Source: Entomortierella parvispora E1425 (taxonomy: Eukaryota; Fungi; Mortierellomycota). Taken from it: a stretch of DNA of 64,000 nt. A program made the translations under genes and the position numbers. Location of the stretch: assembly GCA_020891255.1 (NCBI GenBank), contig BQFW01000008.1:1674001-1738000 (forward strand). The letters run 5' to 3'. The notes beneath the pieces are model-generated. The model made no database searches. It saw nothing but the letters and a program-made list of their open reading frames with translations, and was not told the DNA's origin. Positions 13,048 to 24,580 of the stretch are shown here, piece by piece. The first letter of the stretch is position 1; each line of letters starts with the position of its first letter.

Positions 13048-16000
13048 ATGGAGGACTCGGACATGCCCATCTCTGGCGGATGCGACATTCGCATCGACCT
13101 CGCCCACCTCCCGAACGAGCTCTTCTCTGGCCTAACCTTCATTGCCGACAATACACCCCAGCAAAACATCTCTCTTGGCGAGTACGACGACTTTCAGGAC
13201 GTCGAGTTTCACTGGCTGCTCAGGTACCTTTCACTTTACCTCACTCCTGCCTTTCTTCGACCTCCACGCCTTTCGCGCCTCTTGTCTTTTTTTTCCCTTG
13301 GCCCTCTGTCTGCCTCAACCTGCCTCTGCCTTCATAACCTACGCTCTCCTTTTGCACTCGCTTCATATTCTTGGCTCGCCCTCGCCAAAGAGAAGAACCC
13401 GACACGGACAGGGAGTTTCTCTTCTTGCTTGGGCACACACACCAGCCCATCTACCCAGGAGCCCCTGCCTTAAAATCAATGAAAAGAAGAGCCCTTGTCC
13501 CGAAAGAGAGCAAACAGATCAGTTATCAAAACCATCAGGATAAACACAGCCACCACTGCAAATACTCGGTCGCCCCCATCTCTCCTTTACTCTTACTGGT
13601 CTTTTGCGCTTTCTCGTGCACCTTCGTCCGTCGAGAAAGATCGTCACTCTCTTTTTCTTGAGCATCATGTCAATACAAAGCACTAACGCCAAAGGACCTC
13701 ACTCTAGGTTCGAAAAGGATCCACTCCTGGCCCCGGGCGAATGCTCTGTGCGGGTCGAACCTCAGTCAGAAACCACCACGGACCGCAACCAGAACGAGAT
13801 TGTGGTCCGTTACCACCGCAAGATCGAAGGTGCGTTTTCAGTCTATTTCTATTTGTGTGTCTCCCTGCTACGAGGCAACGAAGAAAGGCAAGGCAGGACT
13901 GTGGGAATGCTGGGAGATCAATGAGGACGAGCTCTATCGTGGTCGAACCTTGATTCGACCCAGCGCGAGGCCTCAAGAGAGCCGTGTGCGCGTGATGTGA
14001 TTGGTCCGCCCCTCTACTCGTCCTAGTTCATCGTTCGTGGTTGACCTGTTTTTGCTGCTCGTCTGCCCTGCCGCTCTCTGGCACAATCCCCGCGATTGGT
14101 TCTTTTTCTGACTTGTCTTTCGCCCACGAATCCCAAAGTCTGACCGTTCTGTCACTGTTCCTGTTGTTCCTGTTGTGTTTATAGCCTTCAGATCCCTTGG
14201 CCGCATCCTCGGTGCCAGTCGTCAGATCCAGGGCCCCGATCCAGAAAAGACCCAGTCACTACTCAATTACTCTGAACGATGCACGTTCGACAACCTGGCG
14301 TAAGTCCTTGAAACTAGCCCCTAGTCGCTAGCGTCTCTTTTGGGGTGACAAGTACCCCGATAATATGATCCTAGACCTCCCTCTCTCTGGAAATGACAAA
14401 TCGATGACGGATCATGGCCGCTAAACCTGCCGACTCTCTTTTTCCTTTTCTTTCTTCTCTTTCTAGTGTCATGATAGATTGCAGTCGTGGTGGTGTCCTG
14501 AAACAGTCCAGCGTATACGCTCTGTTGCGAAACTGCGCTCTAATGGGAATCAATATGATGCAACTCTATACCGAAGACACCTACGAGATGGATGGCGAGA
14601 CCTTTTTTGGCTACCTCCGAGGCGGTTATACCCATCAGGAACTCAAAAACATTGACGACTATGCGGACGCACTCGGCATCGAACTGGTGGCGTGTATCCA
14701 GACCTTGGGCCATTTAGGTCAAATGCTGCAATGGCCCAAATACCACATCTATCGCGACACAAATGAGGTTCTCCTCGCCAACTGGGATGAAACTTACAAA
14801 CTGATTGAGAAGGTATTGTTGAACAGCTCGTGGAAAAAGACGTCCTCTGATCCTTTATCAAAACCGCATGTGCTGACAATCATTTTGGATACTCTCTAGA
14901 TGATCACCAGTATTTGCGCTCCCTTGCGATCCAAGAGAATTCATATTGGCTTGGATGAGGCTGGAGGGGTGGGAGAAGGACGCTACAGACAAATCTTTGG
15001 CTATGAAGACCCATCACGCGTCTTCCTGCATCACTTGAGACGCGTACAAGATATTTGCAAACGACTCGGCCTCCAGCCCATGATCTGGTCAGACATGCTC
15101 TTCACTCTAGCAAGCAAGAACAACAGTTTGGCGGGCTATTACGACGGAGGTACGCCTCAGCTGGCAGAGAACCTTCCACCAGATATCGATCTAGTCTATT
15201 GGGACTACTACCACACTGCCAGCGAATCCTACGCCAACAAGATCGAGCAGCATCGCGAACTAGGATGTGCGAACCCCTGGGTGGCAACAGCAGCCTGGAC
15301 TTGGAACCGATTCTGGACTGCGCTCCCATTCACTTTTGCGACGATCCAAGCATCCTGTCAGGCCTCAAAACGCAAAATTGGCGGTGTCAAGAATATGATG
15401 ATTACGATCTGGGGGGATGAGGGACATGAATGTGACATGTTTTCATCTCTGCCAGCTATGTACTATTTTGCAGATCATGGATATACCCTAGAAGACGAGA
15501 TTGACATGGATCGATTGAAAAAGTGTTTTGAAGGCGTCTGTGGTGCTACCTTTGACGATTGGGTCTATGCAAGCAAGGTGAGTCTTGAAGAGCTCGACAT
15601 GGAGGGCAGATGACTGATAGCAAGAGGTATAAACAGTTACTCCAGAAACTAACGTTGCTCCTCTTTTTGTTTTCTCTGTGCTTCATTAGATTGATCAAGT
15701 CACGGATTCAGACGTGGCACTGACCTTGAAAACCCATTTTGCACCCAACACGAGCAAATACCTTCTCTGGGAAGATCCCTTCCTTGCCCATATCTCTCCC
15801 CAATACGCACACCTGGATCTTGAAACCCACTATTCCGAGGTGGCTAATAACCTTGCTCAAGTGATCGAGTTCAAAGACGAGTTTCCTCAAAACGCTCGAC
15901 TAAGGATGGCCTACTATCTGGCTCGAGCTCTGAGTCTCAAATGTCACCTGCACTCCAGGATGGCCTTGGCTTACCAGCAAGGTCGTCGGCAGGAGCTCTT

Positions 16001-16466
16001 TGATCTCACTGAGGGTCGGTTGAAGGACCTACAGGAAGCCGTCAACCAGCTCTGGAAATATCATCGATCCATGTGGCACAAGAGCAACAAACCCTTTGGA
16101 TGGGAAGTGGTCGAGCTTCGCTATGGAGGACTTCAGACCCGCTTGTCGACTATGCGCGATCGGATCCTAGAATACATTGAGAGCTTTGAGAGATGGCAGC
16201 AGTTGCAGCAGCAACAACAGCAGTTGCAACTACAGGAGGGCACTCTAGGACTCTTGGCCACCTCCAACGGTGCCGCCTCTAGCTACGGTAGCAATGGCAA
16301 TAATGGTTTTGGAGGACGATACCGCCGGGGCAGCTTGATGAGTGATGATGATGAGCGTCCCTTGATTCCCGAGTTTGAGGTCAATCGCGAAGCCATGTAC
16401 GAGTATGCAGGTTGCAACTTGTTGATGGACTATGCCAGAGTTTCTACACCTTCCCGCCCAGGTTAA
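13048..16466 (+). CDS. Glycoside hydrolase family 20 beta-hexosaminidase (HEXDC/GcnA-like); exons approx 13048-13223, 13708-13829, 14185-14299, 14467-14812, 14900-15577, 15690-16466
   Basis: Motifs VMIDCSRGGV, LYTEDTY, ELVACIQTLGHL, catalytic HIGLDE and VYWDYYH. The 5' exons I checked join in phase. Confidence 0.88.
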
Positions 16467-16680
16467 ACAGTTGAAGATATACGAATAAAGAGCGATGTGT
16501 ACATTACAAGTTTTCATTTTGAGAAGATATATGTTCTATCAAGACTTGGGAAAAGACAAGAAAGAAAGAGGGTCGGAGTGGGGGGGTAGTGGGATGATGA
16601 TGATAACAACTAAAAAAACGGCAAAAGAGATTGCAACATAAAAACACGACTCGGTCCTTTGTTCTTCACAACTGATTTGT

Positions 16681-18759
16681 CTAAAAGTTGGCCCAGCCAT
16701 CGTCGTCTCCCCATCCATCCTTCTTTGCGCTCTTGGCCAATCCAGCAGCTGCGGGCTTGGCAGCTACCCGAGTCGCGCCCATCCTGGCCCCTGCAGAACG
16801 GGGAGCAGGCGAGCTAGAGTTGGAGCGGGAGACACCCATGCCTCCGCTCTGAATACTGCCACCGTTGTTGTTTCCATTGCTGTTGAATCCAGAGTTCGAG
16901 GACATGGAGCTTCCTTGGCTTCCATTGGTGTTGTAGGGTCCTGGGGAAGAGGTGTTACGGACTGGAGGTTGGTTCTTTTGTTCATAGTGGTTCATGGTCG
17001 AGTTGAAAAAATCGTCACCGCCACCTCCATTGCCCCCTTGCTGGTAATCTGAAGAACCAAAGCCGCCATATCGCCCGCCATTGCTGGATCGAGGTCCAGA
17101 AGCACCTCCTTGAGCACCAAGAGACGAGTTGACCATAGTTCCCAAGCTGCGACCTCCCTCTTGAACCTAATCAGTCAGATAAAAAAAACGAGCAGAGTTG
17201 TTAAGAACAGACTCTGGGCGATAGAGGGAGAAAAACGAGGTGTAGTCCGTGTATTTCATTTGGTCACGAGGCAATGAAGTGGATACCATACCTTCTGCCC
17301 GAGGGATGACACATAGCCACCAACCTTAGTCTGGAACTCTGGGTCGGTAACTGTGGCGGCGGTGGGTTTGATAACGTTTTCGTTGATCATGTTAGCACCA
17401 GCGACAAGAGTCGTAGAGAGAAGGGACCAACCCTTGGAGAGGGCTGCCGCGGGGTCGTTCAGGATATCGTTCACGTCCAACGAGCTATCGTGCTGGCTTG
17501 TTGGTGCAGGCGAGTTTCCAAATCCAGCGTATTTGCCTCCTTGACTTGGAGGAAGATGTTCAGACCGTGATGCATTGGCGTTTCCGAGTCGGTTAAAGTA
17601 CTGCTCGTTTCTGGCCTTGTCTGTCAAGGGTGCCTCTCCACCGTTCATGGTTGGTGAGGGAGAGTTGTAACCGTTATTGCTAGGGCTGTTATATCCATTG
17701 CTGCCGGTATTGTTGCTCATGGTTCGACCGAGCTGTTGCTGGTTAAATCCTGGTGACCCAGATCGGTTGCTAGAAGCAGAGGTGGGACGGATCGGTGCGC
17801 GTGCGGTCGAGGTTGAGGGGGTCCAGGGACGGCCTTCGCACAGGGCGGCCAACTGTCGGTAGAATTTGTTAGAGGGAGAAAAAAACAGATATCACAAATT
17901 AATGATGGACCTATGGTGTCGTGTATTACCTTCTCCTTGTACTGGGCTGCAAAGACACTGCTGTACTTGTCCTTGATGCTCATTCCAGCGTAATAGTCGG
18001 GACTGGCCTCGAAAAACTCCTTGGCTTTGACGTTACCCCCGAGCTCCATCTTTTTCAGCTGATCGTCGGACCATTTGTCCATCGATATAGAACGAACAAA
18101 GCTATTGGAGAGCACAGATTGGCGAGAGCAACAGAGACGGCTTAATTGATCATGATCACACTCTATCAAGTACCCTTGAGGCTGGGACGATGTAGATTAC
18201 TTACGTGATATGGACACCCAAGGAACGATGCACTCCCGAGCACTCGAGACAGATGAAGATGCCTAGGTTGCAACTAGCCCACTGGGGATTGGGTGCATTG
18301 CAGTCCATGCAGTTCTAAGGTACGTTCGAATCAAATGCGTTTTTTGCGTAGAGATAATAGTCAGTTCGAGATTCCCCTTTGCCTCGGAGTTCGATGATCG
18401 ACATTGAGAGCGAATGCTGTCCATCATCCTGTTGAAGGATCTCTTGCATCCTTGGATGGACGTTCGTAGCTTTTGGTCCAAAGAATCGACTCCTAGAATG
18501 GCATGATCCAGGTTGCCATGCTGTCAAGAGAGTGCTGATCTCTAGTCTACATGCGATAGCGACATCAAGGTCGCGTGTGGTGAATCCCGATCCCTGTTGG
18601 TTGACTGTCCGTGTCGACAAGACAAGACACTGCACTGTACTGCACTGTACTGCACTGACAGAGCAGGGCGGTGAATAAGCGTGTCCCTTGGGGGGGTATT
18701 ACCTTGTTCCCCTCCCTGCGCTGGATGTCAAAGAGGATGCGCTTGTACTCCACAGCCAT
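16681..18759 (-). CDS. GCS1: ADP-ribosylation factor GTPase-activating protein (Gcs1/ArfGAP1-like; multi-exon)
   Basis: [19 protein letters not shown] start, an ArfGAP Zn-finger exon near 18210-18310, [32 protein letters not shown], and ALPS-like LSKGWSLLS. Confidence 0.88.
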
Positions 18760-19116
18760 GATGGGATGCTGCTGCGTGTGGATGAAAAGATGAAGAAGGA
18801 AGGGAAAGGGAAAGGGAGGTAGGGGGGAGAGAGGAGAGGAGACGAGAGGAAAAGAAGGAAGGAAGGAAGGAAGGAAGGGATGGGATGGTATGGAGATGAA
18901 TATGAAAGAGAAGGGAAATGAGCCAAAAAAGACTCAAGGGGGGCAAAAGGGAAAAGGGAACAGGGAAGGGGACTGTCCAATCAGCGGTGCACAGGCAAAG
19001 ACTGTATTTTTTTTGCTGACTGACTGTCGTGCATGGCGTGGGCGAAGGGTTCTTTTGCTTGCTGCCTGTCTGTCTCTGTCTGTCTCTGTCTGTCTGTCTA
19101 TATACTGTATGCTATT

Positions 19117-21005
19117 CTATCGGAACCGATACACCTCGCACTCGTCCTGCTGACGATGCAGGTACCGCTGGTACTTGATCTCTTGCACGCGGCACGACCA
19201 CTCGCTCAGCTCCAGGGTTGAGGTCGACGCGTTCGCGCTCTCTCGCTTGGCCAGGAACGGATGCGTGTCCAACAATGCCTGGGCACTAGCACGGTCCCGC
19301 GGGTTCTCCTGCAGCATCGTCTGCAGCAGATCCGCCGCTTGGATCAATTCATTGGGATAACAGGACACGCCCTGGTCCTTGAACTCTTGCAGGCTGGCCA
19401 CCGCCTGATTCGTGTTCTCGACCGCCAGGTACTTGGATCCAAAGTAGTGTAAATCACAGTCAGGGATGTAGGGCTCTAAGATCTGACCCAAGACCACTCC
19501 AAGAGAGTACAGATCCGCAAGGGTTGGATCTTGAGCCTCATAACAGTGAGGTTGCAAGATCTCTGGCGCAATGTAGCCCGAAGTACCACAAGCAGACACC
19601 TGGGGCTTTGAAGTATCCTCCAACAGCTTTGGATCGCGCTTCACAGTCGAAGAAAGACCAAAGTCAATGATCACCAAATCTCTCTTGGCATGGGTGACCA
19701 TGAGATTGGAAGGATTGATGTCGAGATGGACAATGTTTTTGGCATGAATGGCCGCCAGACCGGTCAAGATTTGCTGAATCGTCTTCCGGACAGAATACAG
19801 GTTCTTGTTCACGGCCTGGCAATCGAACTTCCTGAGCATCGGCAACACAAGGACGGTATCGCCGTTGTCATTCACGAACGAGTCTTGGAGTTGAATCACG
19901 TAAGGGAGGTCACTCAGACCCTGCAACAGCTCCAGCTCCTTTTCGGCTAGGCCCGCCACTGGCACGGTCTTGAAGGCCAATGGCATGAAGTCGGCAATGC
20001 GGATTCCAAACTCAATGGTCGACAGGTCGTGCTGGATATGACAATGGAGGAGGGAAGAAGCAGGTGAGTCTCTCTCGGAAGTGTAGGAAGTGTAGAAAGT
20101 AAAAAAACGCGTTCAAGATTCCAACAATTTCCACACATCAGAAATAAGACGGACTGAAAAAATGTGACCGCACTATGACGATGAACCTTGAACCTTTTGT
20201 CTTTTTCAACGCAAAAGTCGTCTTCACTTACCTGCAGCTTGGGGAACATGTCGTTGACAAGGTAGTCAGTCTGGCCCTTGGACGGATGGTGCTCGCAAGG
20301 GGCAGTATAGACGTACTCGGAGCAGCACATCATCTCCTCCATGGGCTGGTGCTCCAGGGAGTATAGCTCCTCCTGCAGTAGGGCTGCATCCGAGCCATTG
20401 GTTGTTTCATCCATGATTGTAGCTGTTTCAACTGTGGCACTCAGGGGACCCATCAGTAGGGGTCTTGACATGATATCCTCCAGCTTGCCTGCAAGCTGTG
20501 TGGACTGTGTCTTCTTGTGTCCATGATAACTACTGAGGTTGAACTGACTATTGCTGCTTCGAATGCCTTCGCCCTTTGCATCTTCTGTGTGGCCGTGACT
20601 AAAACTGTTGATACGGGCGTGGCTCTGAAGCGTATGAGCAAAGCTCTGACCATGATTGTAGCTGGATCGGAATTGGTGCTGTTGTTGAAGAAGGGTTTGG
20701 CGGAAATTGGCCACATCGGTCTGCAATCGTAACTGAACCAACGATTTCTGATTGGAGTTGAGACCTCTGGTCAAGTCCAACGAGGTGTCGCTACCGCTGC
20801 TGGTTCCTGTGGGTGATGTTGGTGCATCAGAAACGAAAGGAAATGAAGAGTCGTTGGAGGAGGTAGCGGATGGAGTGGAAGGGGCCGTGCTCGGGCACAC
20901 CTTCATGGACGAAAGGTGCAACGTTGGCTGGACGAACGATAACCGATCGAATTTAAGCGGGGGTTCGTCAAGAGAGGCCGTGGTTGTGAGAGACATGGTG
21001 GCCAT
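19117..21005 (-). CDS. Ser/Thr protein kinase-like protein with long disordered N-terminus (2 exons, intron approx 20040-20165)
   Basis: Motifs PLAFK, IVHLDINPSNLMV, IIDFGLS, CGTSGYIAPE, ADLYSLGV and NPRDRASA. Confidence 0.8.
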
Positions 21006-22834
21006 CCTCACACTGTGGAACAGGAAGATCAGAAAGACACTCGTGTTGGCGATTGAGAATTTGGGTGGAAGTTTGGGATAGCTGGACGTTGTTCACTCGT
21101 GGTTCTGTTCACTTTCACTGATTATAGTGCACAAGCGATGAGGAGTAGCGTGAAGGTTGAAAACGAAAATACAATGGTTGCATCAAAATAACAGGAGTGT
21201 GTTGGCAAGAATGGGAGGAACAGTGAGAGTGAAGAGGGTTGCTTGTTAAGATGAGGAGCAGTGAGGAGAAAGAAGAGGCACTGTAGAGGTGGTCAGGATG
21301 GAAGAGGAGTTGATAAGAAGCTCCGAAAAGATAGCGGTGGAGCGGTGACGATGACGATAACGGAGAGTAAGAGAGACGAGTTCAGTACAAGAGTGAAGAA
21401 AGTGGGGAAAGTGAAAGGAGAAGTGAAGGGCGAACAAGGAATATCGTCTATTTATCGAACCACGACAAACGGAGCTCCCTCCCCGGGTCCCTATCCACTT
21501 TTCATCACCATGTCGACCATCACCGCCACCCTCCATGTTCTTTGTGCTCTCGTTCGAGAGTGGTCTGTGTTGTTGGTTCTCAGGGCAAGAAAGTATTCTT
21601 AGTCCCTTCAAATCAATTCACTTACAATATATTATCTCATTAGCACCCTTTGCTCTTCGCTCCGCCGCCCACTGAGCTCTCTTGGTCTGTCCGTTCGGGC
21701 CAGCTCTGTGCACCGTCTTTGTCATTCACTCAGGCACCAGGACTGGATCCACACTTGTCTGATATATGAACTACATGCCTCTCTTCTGTAGTCTAGTCTG
21801 ACCTGCCCCATGGTACGCTTTGCCTGGGTTCAGCTGCTTTACCTCTCCCCGGATTAGGTCAGTGTAGTGGACTGGCTTGGCTCACATAAGGAACGGCATC
21901 TGGGATCAGGCAATCAGTCACTGCCTTGCCCTTTTTTTCCGGATGGACGAGATAAGCATTGAGTATCCAGCTCTTTTGTTTTTCACTGCTTCCTCCCTTT
22001 TTTTTTTCTCATTTTTGCTCCTCCATGCGCGCTCTTCCATCAAAAATGTCCCTTACTGCTCTCCTTGACCCTCCTCCTACTGCCTTTTCTATGCCGGATG
22101 CTCGATCAAAACATCCCTGACTCCTACCAGAATGACTGTCGAGGGAAAAAAGGAAAAAAAAAGGCTTCTGGACAAGAAAAAGACCCGAGTGCGTGATCCA
22201 ACTCCAGTAACAGTTTGCTCAGGATGGGGATCTCTTGCATAAAAAATCACCGCTCCGCATTGCAAACTTCGTACACCACGCCTGGTCACTCCAAATGCAC
22301 CTTCCTTAGCTGAGAGGATTGCCTGCTTTCATCCATCACAGGGGCCTAGGGGTCTCCAACATAGCGGGGTCAATACTTCACATGCTGCCCTGCACTGACT
22401 TAAAAAAAGCGACGGCATTCTCTATTGAATCAGAAAAAGGGCTGAAGTGAACCAATCGGCAACTAATGCACATTGAAGAGGCGCTAATTTAGACCCAAAC
22501 AACAAACTGAAGGCCGCGCCTGTGGATGGTATCTGCTGCAGAAAAGATTGACAAGAAGGAACCTCCATGCTTGTGTGCAAATTGTGGGTTCAATCCGAGA
22601 GTTGGTCCGTCCCCTCCTGAAACCCTGCGCGTCATCAGGGTTGCACGAACCCCCAGATCTGCAAAAACTGCAGCCTGCCAGTTATAAAATATCGCTTTCC
22701 TTCTGCGTTCGGGCCATGCATCTCTTGCTTGCCCATAAAAAATGCGATCCAGAACCACAAAAGAAGAGAGTTGCAATGCCTTCTGGCTCTGTCAAAGGGC
22801 TGGCTGACGACCTTCACAGAAGGAAAAATAAAAG

Positions 22835-22907
22835 AGGTCTCGCCGAGACTCGAACTCGGATTGCAAGATTCAGAGTCTTGATTGCTAACCAATTACAACA
22901 CGAAACC
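22835..22907 (-). tRNA. tRNA-Gln(CTG)
   Basis: GGTTTCG...CGAGACC acceptor stem, D-loop GTAATTGGTT, anticodon arm CAAGA-CT-CTG-AA-TCTTG, T-arm CCGAG-TTCGAGT-CTCGG, downstream T-run. Confidence 0.95.
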
Positions 22908-23064
22908 TTTGATGATCTTTGATGCCCAGCTTTTTTCTGAGCCCGCTATGTTCGCAATGCATAGATTCAGTCACGTGACAGTATTTATAAAATCGCATTT
23001 CTATTTATTTGCATTAGGTTTATAGAAGTCTGAAAAAAATTTAAATCATCGAGAATTCATCAAA

Positions 23065-23137
23065 GGTTTCGTGTTGTAATTGGTTAGCAATCAAGACTCT
23101 GAATCTTGCAATCCGAGTTCGAGTCTCGGCGAGACCT
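23065..23137 (+). tRNA. tRNA-Gln(CTG), identical to the minus-strand copy
   Basis: The sequence is identical to the reverse complement of 22835-22907 and is followed by a T-rich terminator. Confidence 0.95.
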
Positions 23138-23216
23138 CTTCTTTTGCCATTTCGCTCTCACAGACGGCCAATAGAGCTGTTGAAGTATGCTCGCATAAAA
23201 GGGTTTCCAAAAATGG

Positions 23217-23957
23217 GAATCTAACCAACGACCATGTCGTTTGTTAGTTTTCCACCGACCATGGGGGGACTTTCCTTTTTGGGCGCCTTATCCGTCGACC
23301 TTGACATCTCGTATCCGCCGACCTTCTTGCCCCTCATGCGCCGACCACTCCGTTTCTTGACCACCGACACTTCCGTAGCCGCCGACTTGTGAAATTTTGG
23401 GGGGGTTCATACTTACCAAAAGTTGCGAAATAATTACTCTCTCCTGAACTTGTGAAAAGTAGATACCATGGATCTTATACCAATGTGTCTAGCAATATCC
23501 AGCCGGGTCCTTGAAAGTTCTGCTGTTGGTGACCGGCTGCTCGAAAGGACAGCGGTTGGTGAGAAAGACACCGCCCGTCTATAAGTCACCGATCTAGATT
23601 TTTTTTTTTCGTTGACATGAACAAAGTACTTTGGTTAGGTCGAGGACTAAGGAAGGGGTCGTCCGCAGATAAGATGAAGACAAGTCGGCGGATACGGCAA
23701 TGGTTAGGTCGGTGAATTAGAGAGCGGTCGGTGGATGAGAGACAGGAAGGTCGGTGGTTTAGAGAGGGGTCGGTGGTTAATGGTCGGCGGATACGAGATG
23801 TCAAGGTCGACGGATACGAGATGTCAAGGTCGGCGGATACGAGATGTCAAGGTCGGCGGATACGAGATGTCAAGGTCGACGGATAAGACGCCCAAAAAGG
23901 AAAGTCCCCCCATGGTCGGTGGAAAACTAACAAACGACTGAGTCGTTGGTTAGATTC
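23217..23957. mobile_element. Non-autonomous DNA transposon (MITE/foldback-like), 741 bp, with about 110-bp terminal inverted repeats
   Basis: Left end GAATCTAACCAACGACcatGTCGTTTGTTAGTTTTCCACCGACCATGGGGGGACTTTCCTTTTTGGGCGcCTTATCCGTCGACCTTGACATCTCGTATCCGCCGACC is the near-perfect reverse complement of the right end at 23850-23957. There is no transposase ORF, and many subterminal CCGAC/GTCGG motifs are present. Confidence 0.85.
23782..23890 (+). repeat. Tandem repeat of the 23-bp unit GGTCG(G/A)CGGATACGAGATGTCAA, 4 full copies plus a partial, in the right arm of the MITE
   Basis: Read directly from the sequence. The copies are contiguous with no spacers. Confidence 0.95.
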
Positions 23958-24580
23958 TTCGATCCTCGCATGCGACGACCATGGGGAGGAACACCTTCCT
24001 TTTTGGATCTCTTATCCGCCCAGGTCTTCATCTACTAACCGCCAGCCGAACACGTCCATGACCGTCGACTTCCCCATCATCGCGGTTAGAAAATGTCGAT
24101 GTCAGGGGTTAAGAGAAGGAAGGGTTCTACAATCGCTGCGAAGGCTTCTATCTCATGCTCAGGGCAACCAACTTGCGATGACCGACAGGCAATTATCGGC
24201 CTTTAGGCGCAAACCACCACCACCCTGCAGCAGGTTCATTTAGTCGTTGACCGCCCAGCTCTGTTCAGGTTGCAAATGATTTACTACTTCACTTTTTGGC
24301 TCAAACTGGCCAAAAAAAAAAAAAAGGTTGGATACAACTTTGCGTTTTTGGGCAAACAACAGACAGCTGCCGCATTGGTCGCTTTGAGCCCACATCGATG
24401 GATTGTTCCGCCGTTTTCTTCGACTTTACACTTCCGCCACACTGCCCCATCTCTAGCGGCAGCTGAAGATGAATAAATAGGAGCAAGTACAGTCTCTGCG
24501 CCCGTCAGCTCCATCTTTTTCTCTCTTCTTTCCTTCAACCTACTCGACTACCCGCCTCACCCAACCCAACTTTCCTTATC

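Noticed and set aside
21100-22800. ncRNA in the long intergenic region upstream of the kinase
   Set aside because: I could not recognise any RNA family motif or extended stem by eye. A covariance-model search would be needed.
23418-23427. ATACTTACC as a U1 snRNA 5' end
   Set aside because: It is not followed by U1 stem I (CTGG...) or an Sm site. It is better read as a splice donor on the opposite strand.
23782-23890. 23-bp repeats as a CRISPR array
   Set aside because: The units are contiguous with no unique spacers, they belong to a TIR arm, and the host is eukaryotic.
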